A DNA stretch of 64,000 nt from Vitrella brassicaformis CCMP3155 (lineage: Eukaryota; Protista; Chromerida), in contig CDMY01000164.1 in assembly GCA_001179505.1 (NCBI GenBank), forward strand, positions 62,001 to 126,000. The letters run 5' to 3'. The translations under genes were made by a program, and so were the position numbers. Numbering within the stretch: position 1 is the stretch's first letter; each line of letters begins with the position of its first letter. Below, in pieces: positions 35,831 through 48,714 of the stretch. The notes under the pieces were generated by a model. The model was not told where the DNA came from, made no database searches, and worked only from the letters and a program-made list of their open reading frames with translations.

Positions 35831-36993
35831 GTAAGAGAAAGAGCCTCCACGACCGGCATGATGAGCCTGTGGTTGAAGGCCTGCCATGTTGTGTATGATC
35901 GTCAGCCCACGGACACACACTCGACCAGGTCGTGAAGGAGGAGCTCGACGCCTTTTGCGGCGAGGTGAGTCCCCACGGTATCATCAGTCTCGCAGACGCG
36001 TGAAATGGTTCATCTGCCTGTCTACTGCTGTGGGCTCCTGCAGGCGAAGCCACTCAAGCGCAAGAAGGGCAAGCACCGCAAGTATGCACGGCTGAAGACT
36101 GGGGGAAGGAAGCGGCGCCAGGAGGTCTCTCTGCCTGTAATTTGTCTCTTTGTGTGTGCTTTGTTGTAGGTAGATAACTCCCCAGCAAAGCCGCCGGGCC
36201 TGCTGTGTGAGCATGCGTGAGATGTGATCGATGGCGTGCGGTTGCGTGGTGTTCTGTCTCTCTCCCCTTGGTATGGTATGTGGTATGCAGGCCAAGGACA
36301 GCGGCGGGACGAACCGCTGCCTACATTTTATATCGTTGTTTGTTCCTGGGCATGTATCTCCGTTCTGATCTATCAGTGAGACGCCGTGCAGGGGGTGTTG
36401 TGTGTTTTATCTACCTGGATGGAAGGGACAATGACCGTTGGTCGATGTGCTGCTGCTTGTCCGCGAAGAGAAGGATGGTAGATCTATGTGTGGACGAGCA
36501 TATTTGTGCGTGCCGTGCGTGTGCGTCTGGATGTGTGGGTGCTGTAGCCATCTGTCACTCGACACTGTGTGTACCATATACCCCATTGATGTGCTGATTC
36601 ATCGATGGCCACACTGAGTATCTCACACACAGGTCAGTCAGTCAGTCAGTCAGTTCGTCATCATACCAACAGACGGATTGAGAACACCCTCCAAGCAGCC
36701 AGTCAGCCACCGTCCCCATGGCACGCAGTGCAGGCAGCAGGTGAGCCATCACTGACTGCATCGTTCACGAGACACCTGCCTAGCCTAGGTGGGTGGGTGA
36801 GCACAGGAACACCTGCCTGCCTGCCTGCTTGCATTCCATCCACCGCCGTCCACACTGTCGAGCGCCGCTTGCAAAGATAACACAGTGCCGCGCGACAGGG
36901 AAGCACTCGAGTGAGTCAGACGGCGACAACCATACCATCCACAAATCAAAGTCCCCCCCATCCCTGCCACCCAAACCTGTCTATGTCCGCATC

Positions 36994-39330
36994 TCATGTG
37001 AGCTGCAGCGACCTGAATGTCTCCCTCCCGTCCCGCCTCTTCTCGACCCACCCCACAGCCACCCACACCACCGCAGCCACATCTTTGCTGAAGCCGTTGT
37101 CGATCTCCCCCGCCAGCCCCCACTTAGCCGCCTCGTCCAGGATGGCCCGCTGCACCACCTCACGCAACTCCATCTTGCGGCCACCCACACCGCCCACCAC
37201 AAAGCACTGCAGCTGCGGCACACGCACCACCTGGCCGCCCACATCGGCCGTCCCGCCCACCACCTCCCTGTTGCTGCTGGCCCTGTACACTGCCGAGTGG
37301 ACGAAGTGCTCCGCTGCCGCACACACACGGCGGGCCATGTCGCTGCGCCGCACACCGATGGCCTCACTGATGGCCTCCTGGGCGGCGTCCATGTCGAAGA
37401 GGTATGACGCGATGCGCCGGCCGAAGATGGGGGCCTCCTGCGGGCCGACGGCCAGCCGGAGGGTCAGAAGGGCCGCGAGGGAGCGGTGGGGGGCGAGGGC
37501 GGCGTTGACGGCTGACATGACGGCAGGGCCCACCTTGTTGAGCACCGTGGCGTACTCCGTCAGCACCAACTGACGCTCGCGGCGACGGTCCTCTGTGGCT
37601 GTGGGGATGAGATTGATGTCGGCCGCCGCCCGCAGCAGGCTGCGGATTGTCAGCTTGAACCTGTCACTTTCGGCGCGATTTCGCTCCTTAGTGTGCTCGG
37701 GCGTCTCCGGGTCCTGAAGCTCTCGAGTTCGACGATCGAGCTCCTCGGCAGCCATGGCGAGGGGCGTGTGGCCGCGGTTGTCCTGTCCGTTGATCTGGTC
37801 AGCGGGCAGCTTGCGGCAGAGGTGGTCGGCCACTTGGGGAGAGCCATGCACTGCCGCGAAGCACAGTGGCGTCCATCCAATGCCGACGGCTTCCGTCATG
37901 TCGGCCCCGTGCTGTGTGATGAGGTCGAGGTAGGCGTCGATGAAGGACTTGGAGTAGTACCCCCGCGCCCGCAAGGCGGCCTCGCGCACCAGGTTGCCAC
38001 CCGCCCCATTTCCTTCGGTGGCGAGGGTGGGGTCCTCTCGGATGAGGCGCTCATACATCGACATGAGCACCTTCTCATACTCGGGGGGAACGGGGCTCTC
38101 CGGGGGCCACAAAGATAGCACGCAGAGTCCACCTCCACGCAGGCGGATGCCGGGCCGCTCCATCAGCAGCTTGAAGGCCGTCTCGTTGCCTGCGCAAATG
38201 GCCCTTTGGAGGGGCGGCGACCAAAACCAGCTTGGCGTGTTGATGTCGGCGCCTCCGTCGATGAGTGCGGTCATGACGGCCTCCTGCAGCCCAGCAGACG
38301 ACCACTGCGGTAGGACAGCGGGGCGGCTAGCACCCTCATCGGCTTCTGCACGGATGGTCGGCATCGCGTTGTCTGACAGGTTGTCAATGGCAAGACAAAG
38401 CAGCGAGTGGGCGCGGCCACGACACTTGCTGGGGGGGCTGCCGGGCCAATTACGCATGCTGCCCTTCTTCCGCAGCCGAGAGACGACGTTTGGGTCGGCT
38501 CCTTGCTGCCGAATGAGGTCGGTCACTTGGTGTGGGGTGATGATGCGGCCGATGATACTCAGTGTCAGCTCCTTGGTGGCCTCGGTGGTGCCAAGAGGGA
38601 AGCGAGCCTCGATGTCATTGACGCCCACACAGCCGTCTGCGACAGTCACGCCAGTGGCCGCCACCACAGGGTGACCTGCAGCACAATGCACAGAGCCACC
38701 ACACGAGGCGGGCACACAGTGAGTGTGTGTGTAGCCTTGTCACATCTGTGTGTCAGGCGTACCATGCTCCTGGTAGCCGTCGCCGAGTGGGTCACCCCGA
38801 TCACCTGAGTCCTCACTGTCGTCGCCATCACCATCCGCCTCCTGCATGGTATCCCGAAACCACACACAAAGGGGCAAGGAAGAACGTGACGGACATCGAA
38901 TCGACGGGGAGTGTGTTCATGAGTGCCTCACCGGTTCGCTATCGGCTCCTGCCTGTGCACTTTCCACCTCATCGGCCGTTGCCTCGGCCATTCCGCCCTC
39001 CTCCTTCTGCTGCTCGTCTGACCACAGACACAGTCGACGCACCGACAGAGAACACATGAGTGTGCCGTACTGCTAGTGTGTTGACTGGCCTGTGTGGCAT
39101 GATATCGAATATCACTCACCACTATCAACGCCGCGATTGCGATTGTCGTCCTCTGTTGGTCCGCCGCCGCTATGCCCCTCCTCGCCTAAATTGTCTGCAG
39201 ACACAATGAAACGCACAACCGCATAAACGCAGTGGCGGGATGCCGTATGTGTGATGTGTTGTGCATTTGGTTGTGGTGTACCTGCATCGCCACCGTCACC
39301 GTCACCGTCAGCCATGGCAGCGGAGGCCAT
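36994..39330 (-). CDS. Ankyrin-repeat protein 2 (inverted paralogue of 6130-8472)
   Basis: Same MASAAMADGDG start exon, acidic exons, DGCVGVNDIEARFP block, ANK motifs (GWTPLCFAAVHG, GHTPLAMAA) and near-identical C-terminus ending FRSLQLT*. Confidence 0.8.
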
Positions 39331-40140
39331 GCCGATGCCGTAAGACTCAGACATCACTCAAACACACACCAATTGACAGCTGCATCCACCACAGAGAGAG
39401 AGCCATGAGATGGGTTATGCACCTGGTGGAAGCTTTGTGTCTGTGCCTGCCCACCTATCGTGTGTCGAATTATGGACACAGACGAGCAAACAAGCGAGCA
39501 AACTGCCAATCGGTCCCGCCGATAAGGAGACCTGCACAACACAAGATACCGACACACAGAGGCAGCAGCGAATCACATGGCTGACTCGTGATGAGCCAAT
39601 TGCATCCCCACTCACCCTCGGATAACAGCTGCTGGACACGTTGCTGGACAACGGCCATGGGACAACGGGTCTGTGAACTCCAATTGGTGAACTCAGTCTG
39701 CAGCTGCTGCCGCGCCGAGAGAACGTACGTGACTCACAAGCGATGGAAAGGCTGCCGATGGATCAAGGAAGGCGGCTGCACGATGAGCAATGAGTGGGGA
39801 GCATTTCTCTCACGTTAGGGTTTGAACCCTACACCCTGCGGGGCGAGCTGAGCTAAGAGAAGTGCCCGTGATTTTTTGGCAGATCATTGACAGTGGAGCG
39901 ACCAGGCGACCTCAATACACCACGGGCGTCTCCCAGTTTCCGTCTCATTGTGGTTTGTGGGTCCAGGTTGGCAGATCTGCTTTGATCTGTGTGAGGTGAG
40001 GGCCCCTCCTGCAGAGGACAGGACACGAGAAGGTACGTGGGCAGGCGGGAAGGAGCACCTAGGGCGTCGTCGGTGGACAAACGGCCCTCATTTCTCATTG
40101 TGTGTGTGTCACTCTCAGGTCGTCAAGCGGCGGCAGTAAG
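39331..40140. promoter_or_regulatory. Conserved upstream cassette (copy 2) between divergent ankyrin genes 2 and 3
   Basis: Reverse-complement homologue of 5405-6129. Contains the TAGGGTT-TG-AACCCTA palindrome at 39816-39831. Confidence 0.5.
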
Positions 40141-40178
40141 TATGAGGCCCTCTCTCTGCCCACCACCTAGCCCCACTC

Positions 40179-42403
40179 ATGGCCGCACGACAAGCAGCAG
40201 CTGAGCAGCAACAGGAGAGCGCCGCGGAGTCCCCGATGGACGTCGACGCCGTGCAGCAACTCCAGAGCGGCGATGAACCTGACCGTAAGCACCGAACTGC
40301 ATCTCAGACGCAATCACACTCGTAGCACTTGATTTGTGTCCATGTGTGTGCCCATGGTTGATTGTGTTCAGGTGAGGACAATGAGGAGGGCGGTGTGATG
40401 GCCGATGGGAGCCAATCGGTGAGGCATTCATTCGCGAGCACCCCGTCCGTCCATGTGACGCTCGTCACCTGGCTGTTCTCCCATTGCCTCTGTGTCGCTG
40501 TGTCAGGACGGTGGTATGCAGGACGACAGTGACGACGGAGGGATGCTGGACGAAGACCAAGACCAAGACGACGAGATGGATGACAGTGAGGGGGACGACG
40601 GCAGTGACTCAGACAGCGACGGTCATGACGATGGCTATGAGGAGAACGGTACGCCAGGCAGATAGACACATGAGAGGGAGGGAGGGAGGTGCGGGCCCAT
40701 ACATGCATTCGTTGTCGGTGTGCGTCGTCTGATGACGGTGTGTGTTGTAGGTAACCCGGTGGTGCCAATCACCTCGGTCGACGTACCAGACGGTTGTTTG
40801 GGTGTCAATGACATCGAGGCTCGCTTCCCTCTCGGCACCAACGAGGCCACCAAGGAGCTGGCATTGGGCATCATCGGCCGCACCATCATCGACCCACGCC
40901 AAGTGACCACCCTCATCCGGCAGCACCAGGGCGCCGAGCCGGATATCGCCCCGAAGCTGCGGCAGAAGGGCAGCAACTGTCGTGGCGATCGTCCCTGCTC
41001 CCTGGTCCATCTCGCCATTGACAACAAGTCGGACTACACCGTCGAGACCATCCATGCAGAAGCCGATGAGGGTGCTATCCGTCCCGTGGCCCTTCCGAAG
41101 TGGCCGTCTGACGAGCTGGAGGAGGGCATCCTGACCGCACTCATTGACGGAGGCGCCGACCTCAACACGGACTTGGACAGGCCCCTTCGAGGGGCGATCC
41201 AACGGGGCAGGAAGACGGTATTCGACCTGCTGATGGAGCGGGACGACATCGATCTGCGCGGAGCAACGGCGATGGAGCTACCCGACCCGCGTCGTCAGCC
41301 TCCCTCTTGAGTACCAGGCGCTGCTGCTGTCGATGTACGAGGAGCTCATCGACCGCGACCCCACCCTCGCCACCGAAGAACGCAACGACATGAACCTGGT
41401 GTACAGGGCAGCCCTTTGGGCCAAGGGGTTCTATCAGCAGTCGTTCATCAGCAGCTACCTAGACCTCATCACACAGCACGGGGCCGACATGCTGGCAGTC
41501 GATGGCATTGGATACACGCCATTGCACCTGGCGGCACTGCGTGGGTCTCCCTACGTGGCTGACTACCTCTGCCGCAAGCTGCCCGCTGACCAGATCGACA
41601 GACGGACGCGCCACGGCAAGACGCCCCTCGCCACAGCTGCCTATTGGCTCGATCTCGACACCCAACACCTGCAGGACCCGGACACACCCGAGGCCATCAA
41701 GGAGGAGTATCGCGCCAGAATTGACAACCTCAAGCTGATCATCCATTCGCTGCTGCGAGCGGGAGGCGACATCAGCACCATCCCCACAGCCACAGAGGAG
41801 CGCCGCCGTCAGCTTCGGCTGGTGCTGACCGAGTATGCCACGGTGCTCAACGAGCTGCCTATCGCTGTGATGTCGGCCGTCAACGCCGCCCTCGCCCCCC
41901 ACCGCTCCCTCGCGGCCCTCCTGACCCCCCGGCTAGCCGTCGGCCCGCAAGAGGCCCCCATCTTCGGCTGGCGCATGGCGTCATACCTCTTCGACATGGA
42001 TGCCGCCCAGGAGGCCATCAGTGAGACCATCGGTGTGCGGCACAGCGACATGGCCCGCCGTGTGTGTGCGGCAGCGGAGCACTTCGTCAAGTCGGCGGCG
42101 TACCAGGCCAGCAGCAACAGGGAGGTGGTGGGCGGGACGGCCGATGTGGGCGGCCAGATGGTGCGTGTGCCGCAGCTGCAGTGCTTTGTGGTGGGCGGTG
42201 TGGGCGGTGTGGGCGGCCGCAAGATGGAGTTGCGTGAGGTGGTGCAGCGGGCCATCCTGGACGAGGCCGCCAAGTGGGGGCTGGCGGGGCAGATCGACAA
42301 CGGCTTCAGCAAGGATGTGTCGGGCGTCCAGTGGGGAGCGGTGGGGTGGGTCGAGCGGGGGCGGGACGGTAGGGAGACGTTCAGGTCGCTGCGGCTCACA
42401 TGA
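40179..42403 (+). pseudogene. Ankyrin-repeat protein 3 with a +1 frameshift (pseudogene or sequencing error)
   Basis: Acidic N-terminal exons from ATG 40179 and a main exon from ~40751. An extra T at 41307-41308 (CCC TCT T GAG TAC) creates TGA at 41308-41310. The paralogue reads PPSDYLQLL through this site, and the downstream frame is intact to 42403. Confidence 0.7.
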
Positions 42404-42757
42404 GATGCGGAGGCCCACACATTTGAGTGGCAGGCAGGGTTCGGTTCGGTAAGTTGTGCGGTGTTTTGAGGGCTGTGTGGTGGTGTCCATGATGTGTTGT
42501 CTGTGTGTGTTTGATTCTGTCCGTCTGTTTCGTCCAAGGGGAGCGAGATGTCTGTGTGTGTGCGTGTGCATTACGACGGTCCCCGTGTGTGTGCGTGAGT
42601 GTGTCGCTCTCCCTCCCTATGGCTCTCGTGTAGGCGGCCTTGCTCCAGTAAGTAATTGGCTGATGGACATTGAGTGATGTCAATTTTGTTCAAATCACAA
42701 GCCCAACATTTAAGATTGAACAGCTACTCACCCGCACCTACCCAGGCAACGACCCTC

Positions 42758-42772
42758 TAGGGTTTTAACCCT
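42758..42772. promoter_or_regulatory. Telo-box-like palindrome TAGGGTTTTAACCCT upstream of gene at 43039
   Basis: AGGGTT-TT-AACCCT inverted repeat. TAGGGTTT is the reverse complement of AAACCCTA. Confidence 0.4.
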
Positions 42773-43038
42773 GTCGTTCCCCAAACCCCCTCCTGACAGT
42801 TTAGCGCGTGCAAGGAGTTGGTGCGCAGATCCGCGTGTTGCAGCAGATAAGCGCTCGCTCGTGAGTGTCCTGGCGAGGTCGGCCTCCTCGATAGGAGCCT
42901 CGGCTGAGAGAGAGGCCATCGCCCATTCGGTTCTCGTCAGCAAATCTCGTCGGTAGGTAGCACGTCAACGACGAGAATGCATGACAAGAGTGGTGCATAC
43001 CTCTGTGCCCTTCTCGTCAGCCGTGTTTAAGTGGTGCC

Positions 43039-43463
43039 ATGGCAGCAGCGGCAGCTTCATCATCATCTGCTGCTCCGCCGCCTCAGACAGAGGTGAGTGA
43101 AGGCACAGCACACGAATGATTCATCCATTCATTGGTTTGTTTGTTTCGTCAGGTCATGGCATCGTGTTCGTCGGCTGGTCGTTACCGGGAGGGCACTCGT
43201 GTGCTGCTGACGTCGGGCACCAGAAGGGGTGCCAATGAGAGCTATGTGTGGCTCAAGGCCGACGTCTATCGCATCGAGGAGACCAGCAAAGGGTCGCTGC
43301 TGTTCATGCGGGAGGTGGGCGGGCGGGAGGAGTTCAAACAGGTGGTGCCGCATCGGACCAGCGTGCCCATAAACACCAACCCACAGCCACCTGTGGTAGG
43401 CAGACACACCTCAACAGGAAGCTCCTTGGATGCCCCGCTGAATGATTGTCTTCGGTGCGGATG

Positions 43464-43498
<35 letters not shown>

Positions 43499-46495
43499 GC
43501 AGGTGTGGGATTTTAGCAAGAAGGTACACAGGCAGCTACACACGACACACAAACGATGCCAGCAGTCCTTTATCTCCGGTGGTCATGTTTCTGCTTCAGG
43601 CCCCTGCACACTTCAGCGACGACCTTCTAGCGTCGGTCTTTAGCTTCATGACCCCTCGCGAGCTGTCGACCATTATCCCGCCCACTCGCACCACTGCCCC
43701 CGACAAGATAACCCTCCTCTACAAGCAGCCCCGCAGACAGAAACCGATACGCACGAAATTTCGCTGGTAAGTGAGCAGATGGACGACAAGAGGGCAGTAG
43801 ATGCCGAGAGCCATGCACCCACCTCTGCCTTCGTCTGTGATCTTCTCGTCAGCCGTCTTTCATCCGTTGGCGGCCACACCACCACTCCTTCACCCCTCTC
43901 GGCCATGGCATCGTCTTCCGCTCTGCCGTGGCCAAATTTCGGTCCGCTTTGTGCGGGTGCCGCCTTCGGATCGTCCAATGGCGAGACGACGGCAGCGTCG
44001 AAGGAGGCCCCGGCCGACGTGGAGCTGCCGGGTGTGCCATCGGTATCATCTCTGTCCGGCGGCTTATCTCTGTCCGGTATATCGACGGGAGAGGGGGGCC
44101 TATGGAGTCCAGCTGCAGCTGGGTCGTCAGGCGCAGCCACTCCCGCACCCAAACCACGGACTCGCGCGAAGCGCGTGAGTGCCGCCCGTCCGGTTGCCTC
44201 GATCACCACAGGCCCAGCAACCACCACCACCACCCAGACACACGGTGGCAGCGCCGCCGCACCTGCCGAAGCACCATCCACAGCACAGTCGACAACCACA
44301 GCCGCCAGCGGCCCATTCGACATCGGCAAGGCGTCCACGCGGGGAGGTGGCAACCTGTTCGGTGGTGGGGCAGCGTCGGGTGGTGACTCCCTGTTCGGTA
44401 GAGTCGGGTCGACGGGCAGCCGGCTCAGCGGCACCGGCACAAGAACGGGTCGCATATTCGGGCAGACACCGGGGAGCGTGTTGGGCGGCAGCATCTTTGG
44501 CGGCACTGGTGAGTGACGTGGAGGGATGGATGGATGGACGGATAAATCGCGTGCTCGCTGCATGTGTGTGTGGGTCGATCAGGTGTCGCGGCGTCATCTG
44601 TGTCCAGTGGAGCGCCATTCTCAACAGGCGACAGCCTGTCTGGCGGTGCGGCCTTAAGAAGCGGGCAGCAACGGCCCGACGGCGCCGCACAGAGCAGCCC
44701 CTCCCTCATCCACACGGCAGCCCTTCACCAGCAGACCCTCATCGCTATCGACTCTTCCACCGATGCCGACCGTCAGTTCTGGGAGAGTATGACGCCTGAG
44801 GAGGCCTTCCAGCTCGGCAAGCGGCTACCAAACCTGACAGCGCTCAGGATGGTGCAGCCACGCAGCGACCGGTTGTGGGGTCTGGACAGGATGATATGCG
44901 TCGTAGAGGGCCATGCGGCCGGGCGGTGGGAGGCGTGCGAGAAGGAGGGGCAGCACCACATCGCGAAGGGATCTCTGGAGACCATCCACTTCACCCCCAC
45001 CAGCAGCACCAGCAGTGTGAAGCAGCCCCGTCCCCCTATCGCTCCTTCATTCGCCCCCCCGCCGACCCTCCATGCCCTCAGGACCGTTACAGGAGTCGCC
45101 CGACAGCACCGTGTCCTGGCCGACAGAAGCTGGCACATGCCCGCACTCGAGTATGTCGATCAGGAGGGGTGGGATGCCGAGACGCTGGGCCGCTTCATAA
45201 GCTCGTCGTCATCCCTCAAAGAGGTAGGGGGGCGGCGGCGGTCATGGGAGGAGTGGGCGGGTTTGTTTGAGAACTTACCCATAGCATTTGATGGGCAGCC
45301 GGGGCCGCTCAGACACCTGCAGACCATCGGGGGGATCGGGAGTGGGCGTGGCGGGACACTAGATCAGTACCGACAGGGGGCAAGGGGACTGCAGGTGAGC
45401 AATGACCACACAGCAGAGGCCTCCCTCATTTATGCGTGCAAACACACGAATGACGTCCTCCTCTCTTTATTGTGTATTGTAGGCTGTGCTCACATCGCGC
45501 GGCTGCCACAAGGCGTTGACGAGGCTTGACGTGCGGATTCCACCATTCCAGGACCACGACAGCCTCTCTGCCCTGCTCGCTGTCGACGGCTTCATCAGCA
45601 CCTGCTGCGTCTCACCGGACGTGCCGCTCAACGTGCAGGTCACGCGTCCGGGCAGCTTCGAGCTGTCCCTCTTCTACGCTGACGCATTCCCCCCTCGCCC
45701 ATCCCCCTTCATCAAGACGGCCATCCAGGAGGCGGCACGGCAGGCGCGGTACGTGACCTACACCATCAGCCAGCATGACATCACCCACCCCGTCTACAGC
45801 CCCAGCCAGACGGCCGTCGAGATCGCGAAGACACTCTCATTCGACAAGGCGAAGGAGGTGTATGTCTCCAGCGCCTACGGCTTCGTCCTCCCTCCGCCTG
45901 GCACCCCCTCACCCATACCCGCAGTCATCAACGACATGCAGCCTTTCCCAGTGGCCGAGGAGCTGCACATCCGCAGCGCATTTGGCGGGGCTCTAGGCCG
46001 TCTGCTGGGGCAGAAGATGCCCAAAATGCCCATGCGGGTGCAAGTTGTGTGGTTTGCTGCAGCTGTCAGTGCAGAGGATAGAATTGCCGTGTTGGAGGCG
46101 CTGGGGGAGGAGAGGGAGGTGGACAGTGTCGCTGTGGGTGATGAGGAGGAGCCGGTCAGTCTCACGCAGGGCGGCGCCTTTGATGGATGGCGGTCGCAGG
46201 GCTTACCGTCGCTTCGCAGCGTAGACATGTACCTATTAGGTATGCGAAGCAGGCAGTGAGTGCAGCAAAGGGGGCGCTCGGTCCGTCTCGTGTGTTCATC
46301 CGCCCTGTCTGTGTGTGTCTTTATTCAGTGCCCCATGACTTGGAGGATGCTGTTGCTGCCGAGCTCATCCGTGACGGCCTCTCGACTATCCTCACCGCTG
46401 GGCTGCGCGGCCTGAGGCGTGTGGAGCTGTGGCTGGAAGGGGAAGCGGATGACTCCATCCTCACGGCGATTCGACAGCTGCTCCCAAACGGCACG
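43039..46495 (+). CDS. F-box-like/LRR-like family protein with FG-nucleoporin-like low-complexity insertion; runs into a gap
   Basis: MFLLQAPAHFSDDLLASVFSFMTPRELS (F-box-like), then an S/G/T/A-rich exon with AAFG, PFDIG, NLFGG, SLFG, IFG and SIFGG, then the family core (HQQT..FWESMTPEEAFQLGK..MPALE). Intron phases match the paralogues. The first two exons are poorly resolved. Confidence 0.6.
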
Positions 46496-46795
46496 NNNNN
46501 NNNNNNNNNNNNNNNNNNNNNNNNNNNNNNNNNNNNNNNNNNNNNNNNNNNNNNNNNNNNNNNNNNNNNNNNNNNNNNNNNNNNNNNNNNNNNNNNNNNN
46601 NNNNNNNNNNNNNNNNNNNNNNNNNNNNNNNNNNNNNNNNNNNNNNNNNNNNNNNNNNNNNNNNNNNNNNNNNNNNNNNNNNNNNNNNNNNNNNNNNNNN
46701 NNNNNNNNNNNNNNNNNNNNNNNNNNNNNNNNNNNNNNNNNNNNNNNNNNNNNNNNNNNNNNNNNNNNNNNNNNNNNNNNNNNNNNNNNNNNNNN
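46496..46795. other. Assembly gap (300 N)
   Basis: Run of N. Confidence 1.
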
Positions 46796-48099
46796 AGGAG
46801 TGGGCGGGTTTGTTTGAGAACTTACCCATAGCATTTGATGGGCAGCCGGGGCCGCTCAGACACCTGCAGACCATCGGGGGGATCGAGTATGACGATGATG
46901 ATGAGACACCAGAGCAATACCGGGAGGGGGCAAGGCGACTGCAGGTGAGCAATGACCACACAGCAGAGGCCTCCCTCATTTATGCTTGCAAACACACGAA
47001 TGACGTCCTTGTCTCTTTGGTTTTAGGATGTGCTCACATCGCGCGGCTGCCACAAGTCGCTGACGAGGCTCGACGTGCGGATTCCACCATTCCAGGACCA
47101 CGACAGTCTCTCTGCCCTGCTCGCTGTCGACGGCTTCATCAACACCTGCTGCGTCTCACCGGACGTGCCGCTCAACGTGCAGGTCACGCGTCCGGGCAGC
47201 TTCGAGCTGTCCCTCTTCTACGCTGACGCATTCCCCCCTCGCCCATCCCCCTTCATCAAGACGGCCATCCAGGAGGCGGCGAAGCAGGCGCGGTACGTGA
47301 CCTACACCATCAGCCAGCATGACATCACCCACCCCGTCTACAGCCCCAGCCAGACGGCCGTCGAGATCGCGAAGACACTCTCATTCGACAAGACGAAGGA
47401 GGTGTATGTCTCCAGCGCCTACGGCTTCGTCCTCCCTCCGCCTGGCACCCCCTCACCCATACCCGCAGTCATCAACGACATGCAGCCTTTCCCAGTGGCC
47501 GAGGAGCTGCACATCCGCAGCGCATTTGGCGGGGCTCCAGGCCGTCTGCTGGGGCAGGAAATGCCCAAGATGCCCATGCGGGTGCAAGTCGTGTGGTTTG
47601 GTGCAGCTGTCAGTGCAGAGGATAGAATTGCCGTGGTGGAGGCGCTGGGGCAGGAGAGGGAGGTGGACAGTGTCGCTGTGGGTGATGAGGAGCCGGTCAG
47701 TCTCACGCAGGGCGGCGCCTTTGATGGATGGCGGTCGCAGGGCTTACCGTCGCTTCGCAGCGTAGACATGTACCTATTAGGTATGCGAAGCAGGCAGTGA
47801 GTGCAGCAAAGGGGGCGCTCGGTCCGTCTCGTGTGTTCATCCGCCCTGTCTGTGTGTGTCTTTATTCAGTGCCCCATGAGTTGGAGGATGCTGTTGCTGC
47901 CGAGCTCATCCGTTACGGCCTCTCGGCTATCCTCACCGCTGGGCTGCGCGGCCTGAGGCGTGTGGAGCTGTGGCTGGAAGGGGAAGCGAATGACTCCATT
48001 CTCACGGCGATTCGACAGCTGCTCCCAAACGGCACGGAGATCGACGACTTCACCATCAACACACGAAGAACTCTGGTGGAGGCAACTCGTCGCTATTAA
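46796..48099 (+). CDS. Tandem or allelic second copy of the 3' part of the 43-46 kb gene, with stop
   Basis: Highly similar to 45249-46495 and continues to ..EIDDFTINTRRTLVEATRRY*. Confidence 0.55.
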
Positions 48100-48714
48100 T
48101 CGGTGAGAACGACACGGGGGGCGGCCGAGGACTCACTCTGTGTGCACACCGCACACGTGTGTGTATGTGTGTGTGGCCAGGCTGTCTGTCTGTTTGTCCA
48201 CACACAAGACAAGACAAGGCAAGACAAGACAAGACAAGACAGGACAGCATCGTAGCCGTAGCTGCCGCATGGCCGGCCATCTGATTAGGCCCACGTGCAA
48301 ACACTCTCTTGATGGATGAGTGGATGGATGGATGAGTGGCCCGCCCAGCTGCGGTGTGTGCACGTGGGCGCTGTACAGTTGATCCTCGCGCTCCATTGGC
48401 AGCCCACCGTCTCGGTTGATGCCTGGTCATTCATGGTGACTCATCAATTGTACCAGGCAGACCGAGAAGGTGCCGCCTGGATGTGAGCGTGTGTGGATGG
48501 TTGCTAGCAGTGAGGCATGATAGCCCATGGATGGCTGGATTCATAGTGTGTGCGGGACTCGTCTGATTGTGTGAATACCTTCAATAGGCAAGTGGGTCGA
48601 GTCATTGGCTGCCGGCATACATGCAAGGAATTAAGTCGATAAACGAACATGTCGGCACGTCATCGCCTCAGCATTTCTCGGCCCGCCATGATTACCTACA
48701 CAATCCATTCACCT

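Noticed and set aside
39815-39832. Interstitial telomere or chromosome-healing site
   Set aside because: There is only one repeat unit per arm and no tandem TTTAGGG array. It is retained only as a candidate promoter motif.
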